Shown piece by piece: positions 13,276 to 25,077 of a stretch of DNA of 64,000 nucleotides (position 1 is the first letter of the stretch; every line of letters begins with the position of its first letter). Source of the DNA: Ascidiella aspersa (lineage: Eukaryota); the NCBI GenBank assembly GCA_963924565.1, contig OZ004607.1:39308001-39372000 (forward strand), given 5' to 3'. The notes under the pieces were generated by a model. That model did no database searches. It was given only the letters and a program-made list of their open reading frames with translations, and was not told where the DNA came from. The translations under genes and the position numbers were made by a program.

Positions 13276-15056
13276 ATCTGTATTTCACAACTATTATCTA
13301 ATAAAATTAAATGTGTTTATTCGCAATCATACATTTAAAAGAGCCGTCATTCAAATAAGACTTGTGCAGGTTGCCGCACATTTTTATAAAATAAATTTAA
13401 AGCCATTCACGGGTTTTTCAAAAACCTAAAATTGGATTACTTGTTTTAAATACAATTCGAAATAAAACATTAAAAATTCAAAACTGGAAAACAAAACAGT
13501 ACAAAATCTACTTTCTAAAGACATAACTTAGCTGCATATAAAATAAATTTAAAGACTCTTTTTTTTCGGAAAACATATGGTTTTTAAAAGACATTTTCAA
13601 TACATACAAAACAATTCAAAGAATAAAAAACTTTGTGTTAACCCTGATTGAAAATCAAACACGCAGTTAACAGCAATTTATAAAAAGACCACAAGCGTCT
13701 AAGCAACAGCGAATCCTGTTATTCGAAAAGGGAAGCTTTCGGGTGCCGAGTCACAATGGAACATGACTCAGCCCAACACAAAAGCCTGGAAGTGCAAACA
13801 GAGAGGTCAGACAGGGAAGTTACTTGGGGTTTGGTCAACAAGCGAAAATATGCCGCGCTGGCCAATCTGGGGTCGCAACCAACAATATAAAGGACTTCCG
13901 TGATAAAATCCCATGACTGAGCGGCACCAATAGGTCAGGTTTCAAGGACAATGAGGAAATCACTGTTTTTTTTCGATATGGCGATTATATGCCGTCTTAT
14001 TATGTAGAAAATAAAGGCGTTTTTTAAATATATAACAATAATTTATTCCATTTTTGTAAACAAATATATCAGAAAACAATTATTCGAAAAAGAGCTAAAA
14101 AAATCGGATATTTTACACATTTATTTTGCATTTTTTTCCGTTTTACGACATCTTAAATAGGCGCGGGATTTTGTGCATTTTAACAAATCGGCCAGTTTGC
14201 CAACATTTAGTTAAGCAGCACCTAACTTCTTTTAGACTTCAAGTTCGAGTATTGTTTCGAATATTTAGCCAGTTTTGAACAAAATGTTTAGCTAAATGTA
14301 AGAAATCTCGGTCATCACTAAGTTAAGAGCGCAACTTTTGCTGTTTTTGATCAAAAAAGTTACAAAAAATAATTTCACGAACTTTGCAACAAAACTAAAC
14401 TCAAGCTGAAAACAATCTTTTTGTTCTAGCTCTTGTTGTTTTAACATGACTTTGCCTAAGTATTCCAAATATCACAAGCTGTAACCGTCTGCCTTGAACA
14501 TTTCTGCGAAACCACTTGCTCTTGCTATTTAGGGATGTTTTGTAAAACGCTTTTTCAACCGTAAAGTTAGAACGTGCCTTAACCCCGCTATATTAAGCAA
14601 AGACCAAAAACATAAAACGCAACTTTCCCGCTTTGAAACCTTTCCAGCGAACAAAGTCCACGTCACAGTGGGTGTTGTTGCGTCAGAATGCGGACTGTGA
14701 CAAAATAATGGCGGGAAGCAGCAGCAGTTAGTAGATGGAGCAAGTGTAAATAGAGGTTGCCAACAAATTGTGATTGCCTCTCGTCAAATAAGACTCGTTA
14801 AGTTGCCAGTTAAGAGGCACCGCTGTGTTACGCCGCGACAGATCAAACAAACACGAAGGTGGCCAGAAGAGGCCGCTTTTAACGGGCCAAATTAAACAAG
14901 GCCGGCTCCCTTTTTGAATTGACCGCAAAAACACGTTGGAAAAGATTTTAAGCGGTTATTTGAATTATACGGATGTGAAAATTGGATTAGATTTATGAAT
15001 GAAGCTATTGACTACGAATTTAGTTTGATCACTTTGTCTTTTAAAGTAAAAACTAT

Positions 15057-15094
15057 TTCACTGAAGATGATACAAGTGGGTATCGAAATTTGAA
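15057..15094 (+). ncRNA. Hammerhead motif, family A copy 2 (degenerate at cleavage triplet)
   Basis: UUCA-CUGAAGA-U-GAUAC-aagugg-GUAUC-GAAA-UU-UGAA: perfect stem II and co-varied stem I (UUCA/UGAA); the CG of stem III is missing. Confidence 0.5.
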
Positions 15095-17627
15095 TTTATA
15101 CATTTGTAGTGGATATTTACTAAAAAAACTTTCTAAACATTGTGATAACATTATCTAAAGACGATTCAGTAAATAAAGGCAACGATGGCTTCTCCTAACT
15201 AACATATATTTGTTAGGGTATTTTTAAAATAAATATTGATAATTTAAATAAAAGTTTTAATAAAATTTATGTAAAAAATACGCTCATTTCTTTTTGAACT
15301 TTTTGTCTGCCGGATTATTTACTTGTAAAACGGTTCCCAAGTACATTTAGGACTAAAATAGTAATCGTTGGCTTTTCCCGATTGATCTCCCAAACTGGGT
15401 CAAGGGCTGACGGCGCCAGTTTCACCAATTTCGGGCCAAAAGGGCCAAGACGCCCTGGATTATCCTTTGTGGTCTGTCCAAGTTGTTTTACGAAAACTTT
15501 CTCCGACCACTTACAACATCGGATGAGGGCGCGGAGACAGTACTTGAGTGGATGTGAGGTTGTTTGTTTTTCCGACCAACATCAAAGAAATGAGGTTTTG
15601 TAGAACTCAAGCGACACAAATAAATCGGAGGCTGTGTGTCGCCAAATTCACTAGAAGTTTTCAAATGCGTCGCGATGCCCTGGTAGCTTCCAAATGGCGT
15701 AGCACAATAATTCAGCTTCATATTTACCGCAAAACAGTGATATTTCTATCGCTGGCTGCGCCGCAATTTCAACGAACTTTTGTAGGGCGTAGGCGTAATG
15801 GTAAAACAAGTTCATTAACCTCTGTATTAGGCCATGGGTGGGCACTGAGCTTTCTCGACACATATTTACGGCTTTTTTGGCTTAAGGGTCAACAAACTTT
15901 TTCATAAAGAGCCAGATACATACAAGACTGACGATCGAGGGTCTGATATTATAAAAGTTTGTTTTGAACTTTGTTACTTGACTACAATAAGTGGTTAACA
16001 AAGGACACAAAAACAATCTACGAAACTGTATTAAGTTTTGCTTATGGTTACTCAAGTCGTATTATCGTTAACCCAATTCCACGGCAACATATCAACAATG
16101 TTTGTCAAGACCAAGTCTTATCTTTTAACAAAAAATATAGTATATATTTGTTGCTGCGTGTTCTCAAGGTCTGTGGTTCGACTCTCGTCAAGCGCTAAAA
16201 CACCATTTTAAAGAAACTCAAAAAACAGTGGTGCCGACCCGTTATGTTAATTTCTTGCGTTTTGCATCTCAATTTATTCATAATAATTTTAATAAGTTGT
16301 TTCACATCGAAAGCCATCGCAGTATTTCACAAGGTTGGCGTGTGGTAAGCCCACATCGACGTTCTTATCAAAAAACACCCGAAAAGTCAACACGAGTCGA
16401 CACACACACAGATTGTGGGATTAAAGCGACCGCTAAAAACATGCTTCTGCCGACAAAAAACGTTGGAAAAAGAGATTTTTTAGTAGAATAGGAAATTAGA
16501 TTTAAAAACAAATTTATGAACAAGCTATTTACAAATCATATTATATTAAGAATTAGAATTAACGACATTTGCTCTAGTTCGTCGAATTAGTCAAGTAAAA
16601 TTTTGTAATAAAAACAATACACGGATTATTATCATAGAAATTTAATTAATATTATTAAAGCCATAGCACCTAATTGAAACGACATTTATTTTTTTAAACC
16701 TTTTGAACAGAATTATGAAATACAACACACGGGTTTCATTGCAAACTCAGTAACAACCCAAAAGCCATCAGCTTTCTGCAAAGCTGACACATTTTTTTCA
16801 AACTTGACAATTATCCAGTTGTTAATATCTATACACATGTTCGCAGCGTTCTTCGACCACGATACAGAAGCCAAATCAATCAATAAAACCGAAATAATAT
16901 TCTTATTTCGACATTTTTTTACTACTTCGACAACAATCCGGTCCGGTCTGTCTACAATCTACTTTGAGTTGAAATACGACCATAGCACAGAACCGCAGGC
17001 TTGGAATGATGGCATAAGCACGACCAATCCACATTCCGCGGTAACCGATGCGCAAACATGCCACGTGGCGGCAAGGTCGAGTCAAGGTCACGCATGACCT
17101 TGTAGCTAGAAGCGGAAGCCTAATGACCTGGGCCATAAAATAATCGACGGATTCTTGCGAATCGCGTGTTCCTGCTACGAGCATCTTTATCAGGCAACTT
17201 TCGTGTCACGACATTGGAGTGAACATCTGTGGTCGTTTCAAAGCTCAATTAACTTGCACAAGAAGCGTAGGTCTTCTGCGTTCAACTAACTTGCGGTAAG
17301 TGCATTTTATGAGTTCACAGATCACGCTTAGCGATTAAAAAAAAACGCAGCAAAATCTATGTAAAAATGCACCTAAGGTTAGTCTGTGTGTCAATCAATA
17401 TGCAGTAAGTGAATTTTGGGCAAACACAAAACTGACATTGGGTTAAATTGCAGAGAATCTATGCAAAATAAAACACAAAACTCAACACATTTTTTTAAAA
17501 ACAATCGAGCTGTTCACAAATTATAATAGAATTCTCGGCTTTCTCTTTAATTTGTATGATCGGAGAAAAGCATCAAACCAAAAAAAGGATAATCTACTAA
17601 TTCCATAGAAACTTCAAAAAGTAATAA

Positions 17628-17836
17628 TGCACCAAAAGTCAAAAAGGATTGATTAAGACGTTTCGTTCGATACGTACTTGTATAATGTTTAGTTAATGTG
17701 ACTGATATATTAACTGATGATGATACAAGTGCAAATCGAAACGTCTTTATTAAGATGATGCCGATGTACACCCGTTTTTTTGGCTTTAAAATTCATTATT
17801 AAGCTACATTACAGATCTGCGCATAGTGCACCTAAG
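17628..17836. mobile_element. Family A hammerhead-bearing repeat, inverted dimer (Penelope-like pLTR remnant)
   Basis: + strand AUUAA-CUGAUGA-U-GAU...AUC-GAAACGUC at 17709-17750 and a degenerate inverted copy at 17653-17697 (...GAAACGUC-UUAAU). The downstream tail matches 416-591. Confidence 0.6.
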
Positions 17837-18735
17837 AATAAAGCAGCAACTTTTAAAATGGGAACAGAGGACACATTTTACCTTCTTCAGTCAACTTTCA
17901 TCCTATAAGTGCGATTTAATATTGCAAGCATTACAAAATAAACTTAAAAGCCACAAAGTTCAGCAAAGGGTTGGTTGTCGGACAAACAAGTGAAGTACTT
18001 GAAATGACGAAGTATGGAGCGAAGGTCACAAGCATTAAGCAATGTCACTGCACCTAATCATCGCATGTTTGACGACTTACTAAGTTTTTCGGAAAAAAAC
18101 CTAGAAATAAGTACAACTTTGTAACGACATTTTTAAAGTTATTTTTAAACTACATAGTATAAAATCAAAAAAAAAATATAGAAAAGCGATTTTTTTCGCA
18201 AAAATAAAATATGCAAAATAAATTAAAAAGTATAAAAAAAAAAAAAAACTAAAGAGTTTTTTTTTCACTTTTTACGACACGCACAAAATAGTAATAAGCG
18301 TTTTCCTTCTTCAACAGTGTACACTAGACATTGCAATTTGGATTGTATAACACTACCTCGAATATTATCGAGGTTTTAGCAAATGTTTTAGCGTTCTCTA
18401 AGTGTATCTATTCCATTAAAAATCCAACTAAACACAGCAAACATTAGATGCAATCTACAAACTCAATCCCTCGGTCTCCGATGTTCGGCAAGCTGATACA
18501 TCTATAAACAAGTAACGTTGATTCGTGATCTCCGTAAGCTTCAAAGACCCGCCTTCTCCGCTCTGCACGCGACCAACTGAACAGGTGGCCATAAAACCCG
18601 CACCACACCAGGTACTGCGATTCTAATACACGAAGTAGTGAAACGTTGACCATACATGATCCCTGGCTACCCGGCTTATACTGGAAGCACAAAACTCGCG
18701 TGTTTTCGTCGCCGACTAGCTACTGTAGCTGTGTG

Positions 18736-19197
18736 CAGGGGCGTATCCAGGGGGGGCACACGGTTATGTCCCTCCAAACTGCATTTTTTTTCCTATTTTA
18801 ACTACACAAATGCAATTTTTTTTAAAGGTTTTTTGTTTCTAGTAACGTTAAACTAAAATGAACGTTTTACTGACTTAACCAATACAAAGGCGTTTTTTCA
18901 AAGCCGCTCGCGAGTTTTTTCCGTCTTTTTAATATGTTACGTAACTTGTGTTGTGAGATGTGACGTCAGGGTTTCACGACTCTTTGTGACGTAATAGCGG
19001 AGATTCTTTTTTTCATGCTCCCTTAAAAAAATCCTGGTTTCACCCTTTGGTGTATTAGAATACCACAGAGCAGGGTTTAATTAAAAAATACGTCATGCCC
19101 ATACGTAACTTTGTGACTTCAAACCTAATATTTTTTCGCGCCCCCTTTTATATTTTTTTTCATGCCCCCCCCAAACAAAATCCTGGGTCAACCCCTG
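18736..19197. mobile_element. CAGGGGCG-terminated MITE with duplicated right end
   Basis: CAGGGGCGTATCCAGG at the left end; the right terminus AAAATCCTGG..CACCC/ACCCCTG plus flank GTGTATTAGAAT occurs twice (~19049 and ~19197); related in reverse orientation to 60550-61231. Confidence 0.7.
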
Positions 19198-22100
19198 GTT
19201 GGGTGTATTAGAATCCAACAATGCAGGGTTTGCAAAAGCGGCGAGGCCTGATATCGCAGTCAGGGTGTGCATTTACATAGAGGGTTCACGAATAGAACTG
19301 AAACCCATGAAAACCACGCAATCGTGCAGATGTTAAGACGCCTTTCGTGGAAAACTTCCCACTTGACACGATGTTACCACATGGCGCGCGCGTTATCGCG
19401 GAGGGATATTTCTGCAATTGCCGGAAGCGGAAGAATATTTACTCCATAAGCGGTAAAAAAATCTGATCGAAAATCGTTTTTTTTTTTAATTTTTTTCTCG
19501 GGATTATGGGAAAATGGTAGTTACTTGGAAACTTTTAAGAGTTTTATATGAAAAACATATAGCAGTAATTACTATCGTCTCAAAGTACGATTTAAACAAC
19601 TTTCTTTGGTCAGCCGTCCTGAATCTAAAGAAACTTGACAAATTAGGCTAATTCTGTAATTAACATCTCTAGAAAAGAGCATTTGCAGTAATAACTAACA
19701 TAACAAACGAAAACTGAAAGTCTGTCTACTCCTAAACAACCATGAAATTCTTAGGTGGCCCAGCCATATCCTTTACGTCTCGAATCTACAATTATCGTAT
19801 TTCTTCTTACACGAAACGTAATTACGAAAAAATCTTGGTTAACGACTTTTTCGTTATTACGCCATCAACGCTCTAACGAATGGCACTGCGTTTTTTCTTT
19901 AATTTTTCAGCACAACTTGTTCTATTGTTAATCTTTGACGAAATAGAAACTTTAGAACATACAAAAAAACTGGTAAACGTTAAATATAAAGCGGTAGGTA
20001 TAACATGACGAGAGCGTTATTTTAAGCGGGCCTTAATTACAACGGAGCGTCTTTCCACTAAAGCACAAGGTATAGGGCGGCACGGGAAAGGTGCCAGACT
20101 TAATTAACACACCCAGGTGCCACCAGTCACCTGCATCTAACCACGAGTTTAATGCACACTACGTTAAAAATTTATGCACAAAATCAATGCTCTCTTGGCG
20201 TGCGATCATTACCTAAAGGGCAACACTGTGTGGGTGCTGCTTTATCACCAGCGCGGCTTCAACTGTCTACCTTGGCCGCCTGGGGGTCGTACACCTACCA
20301 AGTTAAACCTTTGGGCCTACCCAAAAATAATTCTGCGAAGTTGCTGATTAAAGCCTGGAGCAAAATTGCTTCGGAAGTTTTGTAACGGTAAGAGAACTTT
20401 ATGAAAAATTAAATCGATTTTAAAGGGGGCAATACGTAGCGTTTGACGATTATCAGACACAAACATATGTACTGTAGTTAAACACAAAAGCTATTAGTTC
20501 GTTTTTAAGCCTAATAAACTTTCCCTTAATTAAACCTTGTATTTTCAGGTCAATCGACCACAGCGTTGAACTTAAAACGTGGCAAGTTAGTTCATAAATT
20601 CTCCCTACGATGACGTGGCCATTTCTTCCCCAAAAGGATGGCCGCTAAAATCGATCGAATAAAAGGGGAAAGGTTGGAAGTTGACTCACTGCACAAAATG
20701 AGGTTTAGATAGCCCTGGGCTTTTCACCTAACTACCAGTTCACTCAACTTTTTATTGACCTATATAACACCTGTCTTGTTATAAGGAGGGGCGGAAATGA
20801 GCAAGTTCGGAAACGGGTTCTTTGAAAGTTTTAAAATATTGAACAATTTTATCGATTAGATCGTTTGCTGGATACCATTGGCCTTGTTTCGCAACCCATT
20901 GGCCGCGACCCACATTTGGGTGGCCGTTTAATTAGGCCTGGTCGCCGGCTGCAGTAGTCCACAAGGTTAGGTTTATGAGGTTAGTTCTGAGCAAGATTTC
21001 TTTAAAAGTTTAAAACAATTATGGGAGCAATACAAAGACGTGGAATATATTAATTAAACTCGAACTTAATAATAATAAATCTTATTTTTTGTTCTCTAAC
21101 AAAAAAGGGCGTTACAGAGAATTGGGTCACCAAAGCTTGGCTGTTATTTCCAACGCTTTATATTGGGTCGCCCCCCAAAAAACAGAGATATTAAATTTTT
21201 CTATGACATGAAACAATTTTTTTTTTCGACTAAGCACGCAAAATATAACAGCATTGACATTGCGAGTTCATATATACAATATTCTTTACAACTAATTATC
21301 CTAGCTTAAGATTTCATTTGCCCCTGGGCTTCTTATTAAACGTCAGGGTCACTGTGAACTTTTTATTGGCCCATTACAACATTCAAATCCTCCTTGTTGT
21401 ATGTAGGGGCGGAAATTACAAATGCGGACAAGGATTCTTTGAAAGTTCGACAAGTCTTGAACAATACACACATACGTGTCGACATTTTTACTGGTATCAG
21501 CCACTCAAAAAGTCTCACCAACCATAGAATACTACTTTCTAATTGCGAACAACGTGATATTATATTGCTCATAAAATCACAAGCAAGTTAATCAGCAATA
21601 AAAAGGAAACAATTTAATAAGTGCTGCCGGCAATTAAATTATCGCTTGTTTTTTCTGTATTCCGGGGTAATTTACTTGGAGGTATTTTATATTGTTTTCA
21701 CTTTTATTACTGCGCTTAATATTAAGCGTAAAAACACAATTTTGACAGGCGTAAGACACATTTTTTTACATGTACAACCTAAAATAAGCAAAAATGAATC
21801 AGAAAAAAGCGAGTTTCTAGCTAACTTGACTCAACCCCACCAAACAGCACATCTCACTGTTGTTTTCGCAACAAATGGACAAAGAAATCGCGATCTTGGG
21901 GTGGTGCAATCGTTTGCAGGCGATGCATAGGACACAATAGGGGACGAAACAAGGGGTAAGGGTTCCTAGTAACACGAGACCTCCTGTTCCAGCTAAAATG
22001 CATTGAAACCATTCGGTCCGTGGCATTCCTTCTACTATAGAAGAACCGAAATACTGGTTGTCATCAATTTTTTATAAAAGTCAAATACATTTTTGTAGAT

Positions 22101-22782
22101 TTTTAAAGACCTTAAATTGGTTTGTTCGAAGTTTTTTTAAATATAATTCGTAAACAAACAGTATAAATTTCATGGTTCTCCCTTTTTTTTGACGAAACAA
22201 CTAACTAAGCTGGACATAAAACAAATTCATAGTTTTTTTTTATAAAAAGCATATTTTTTTAAAGACCTTTTAAAATGTAAATTAAGGACATTTTAAAGAC
22301 TTTTAAAGATTCAAAGACTTTGTGTAAACTGCATACAATAGGCTTCTTGTACAATAGAAAAGGTCGAGATACTGGTGAACTACAAGAAGCTAGGGGAGGC
22401 TCACAACATGTTTATTGTGGAAGCAGATTTCCGTCAATTCGTCGGGAGTTTTTAAAGTGCGCTTAAGGCAAGTTGAGCTTCAGGCGTCCGCAGATAAAAG
22501 TAACCTTAACCCTGTGATACTTGTTTTGACCGGGGGCATAAAGGGGCAGAAATAGTTGCTTGAGCGCGAAAAACAAAGCTTGAGACGGAAAAGGGAACTT
22601 TTCTGCGTTTCGTGCGACTCAAATTTCGACGCACACTTAACAAAATGATATCACACTTTTCAGCCAACTCTGATTTGTTTTGGCCAGAAAAAAAAAAACA
22701 GTTTTCGAGCAAAACAGTGAAGTAAAAGTCGTAGATGAATTATAAAGCCCTACATAGGCTCTCATATTTTGAGAGTTTTTAA

Positions 22783-22920
22783 AAAATCTTTAGATAATGG
22801 CTGGAGGTTGTAGTTCAACGTAGAATTAATACCAAAGCCCATACTGAAGTAGGTGTCATTTTGAACGTTTCGAACAAATCTTAAGATAATGGCTGGAGGT
22901 TGTAGTAAGACGTAGAATGC
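22783..22920 (-). repeat. Family B repeat, tandem units
   Basis: AGATAATGGCTGGAGGTTGTAGT occurs twice ~92 bp apart. Confidence 0.6.
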
Positions 22921-23071
22921 AAAACTACATTTAAAGTAAATGGCAAACACCAAGGCAGCGGCCCATTTAACACAGAAATATTCCAACCGCACAAACCAAT
23001 AAATTTCGCCAGAAATTCGAAAACAATAATTTTACCCCAAAAACAACACGATTAATGGTCCTTCTATAGCT

Positions 23072-23352
23072 CAGTGGTTCTTAAATTTTTTGAGACACGC
23101 CCCCTTTTAAAAACTCACGCCCCACATTGTTTTAAAATTAAAAAATATTAAGCAGAACAGCAATTTATTTCCAGGTAAGTTGCATTAATGCGAATGATGT
23201 AACTGTTTTTTGGATACCAAATGTTCAATTCGAGGATTAGCAGCGGGGAAATATCACTTCGCTTAATGTTTAGTCATAATTCATACACAGTTTGTCAATT
23301 TCTTGCGCCCTCCTTGTGAACCTCACATGCCCCCCCAGTTTAAGAACCACTG
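23072..23352. mobile_element. hAT MITE
   Basis: Perfect TIR CAGTGGTTCTTAAA / TTTAAGAACCACTG; diverged TSD CTATAGCT/TTCTAGCT. Confidence 0.8.
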
Positions 23353-23848
23353 TTCTAGCTGATACAAAGCAAAGCCGAGATCCGGAGCGCACGTTTTACC
23401 ACAAACCCTTCAGTTGCCCGCATACCAGGATCATGCAACCCAACACTACATAACCATCCTACCCTCTCTACCAACGCCAAGTGACCTGCTTGATTGACAG
23501 ATGCGTTCGTGACGTCATCTATCACGCGCCGAAAGTATGGTAGGTCGTGGGGCGACACCACGTGGCCGTTAGCCAATAAAAGCGTTTGGGATTTTTTTCG
23601 GTGCTGTGTGTTATTTAGTAAATCTTGTTAAAATATTAACTTTCTCCAAACCAAACACTTTGTCTACTTACAACCTTTTATGTTAAATAAATAATAACAA
23701 CTCAACGACACAACCTGGTCCTAGACAATGGGTAGATTTGGAAACTCGGTAAAGGTTTAAAGCGCTTTTATTTTTCGTACCACAACGACACAATAAAAAA
23801 ACGTTAACGTTCCTTAAAACGATCCTTTTAAACGTGAAAGCCCTAAAC

Positions 23849-24032
23849 TATAATAAAATGTTGGACGTTATATATATATATTTCTACATATATTATACTA
23901 TTAGTGCGCCCCTAAAAGCTGACTGGTACATTTAATTAGGCTAATATTGAACCTTTAAAATACTACTTGGGAGCGAAAATGACTAGCGGGCCGCACAAAA
24001 ATTTCAGGCGGGCCGCAGGTTGGACATCCCTG
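23849..24032. mobile_element. Rearranged copy of the 40835 MITE
   Basis: The right ~140 bp is nearly identical to 40985-41124; TSD CCCTAAAC (23841-23848, 24033-24040); the left end is an inverted fragment of the left terminus. Confidence 0.85.
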
Positions 24033-24139
24033 CCCTAAACCATAGTCTGAACGAGTTCAAACATGTTGGGAGGAATGTTACGGTTGATTAATAAATACAC
24101 CAAAGTGAGAAATAGCCTCAAAGATATAATCGCATGTTT

Positions 24140-24310
24140 AAGCCCATACATAAGTAAAGGTAGCATTTTAAACGTTTCGAATAACTCTTTATTGATTTTC
24201 AGAATCGAAAATGATGTTGAAAATTGAATAAAATTATTCGAAACCTTCAACATGCTTGCTACTTCTGTACGGGCTTTAATACTCTTACTACGATTTACAA
24301 CGTTCAACCA
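24140..24310. mobile_element. Family B repeat, inverted pair
   Basis: AAGCCCATAC...AACGTTTCGAATAACTCTTTATT followed by the inverted copy GTTGAAAATTGAATAAAATTATTCGAAACC...TACTTCTGTACGGGCTTT. Confidence 0.65.
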
Positions 24311-24689
24311 TCACGCTCAAAAATCGCATGTTTATTGTTAGAGTTGCAAACAAAAATAGAAATCCCGTTTTGCCTGCAATGTTACTCTCTTAAAATTGTC
24401 AAAATACCCCTTAGGGGTGGAAACTACTGCTCTAAAATCTACAAGAGTCCCGTTTAGTCGAAAGTCGTGCGCATATTTCCCACTTTGGCTGCATAAATAC
24501 ACCCGAGCGATATAATTAGAGTCCAATTTGACGCAAGTGAGAGTTGGCATACCTCGGCCGCACCAACACTTGTCATTTAACCACCAACCTGCAATTTAAA
24601 CAGACCTCGTTTGCTGAAAAAGCCAACATAGCAAAGTGCCCAGGAATCGACGTTTAACCTTACTGTCGTGTTATTATAACGCTGTAAAT

Positions 24690-25077
24690 CAGGGACCATC
24701 AAACTTTTTTATAAGGGTTTTTTAACTGTAAGAATTGACGATCACCGGGAAAAAATACCTTTGCTACGAACTTTTTTAACTTGATTATATCGTTAAACTG
24801 AAAAATATTCATAAATTTTACCAAAAATGTAGTGGGCCTCAATTGTCGTTCAGTTTAACATTTCATGAAAATTTAGTTTCGCATTGCATCCAACATTATT
24901 TCAACTGGAAATGTAAATAACTATGCAACAAAAAATGTTGTTTGTAAGCCTTAATTGAGTGTAATTCAGTTTAAAATTATCTCAAATGAATTCAACAACA
25001 CATCAACTGAGCATTACCTCCGTTAGAAAATATGCCGCGAGCCGGATCTGACACGCGGGCCGTACTTGGTGACCCTT
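24690..25077. mobile_element. hAT MITE (old)
   Basis: CAGGGACCATCAAAC ... GGGCCGTACTTGGTGACCCT; TSD CTGTAAAT/TTGTAAAT. Confidence 0.65.

Noticed and set aside
15548-15907. ORF with LFVFP...RLC resembling a THAP domain
   Set aside because: Lacks the conserved Trp and His and in-frame N-terminal Cys pair; spacing too short.
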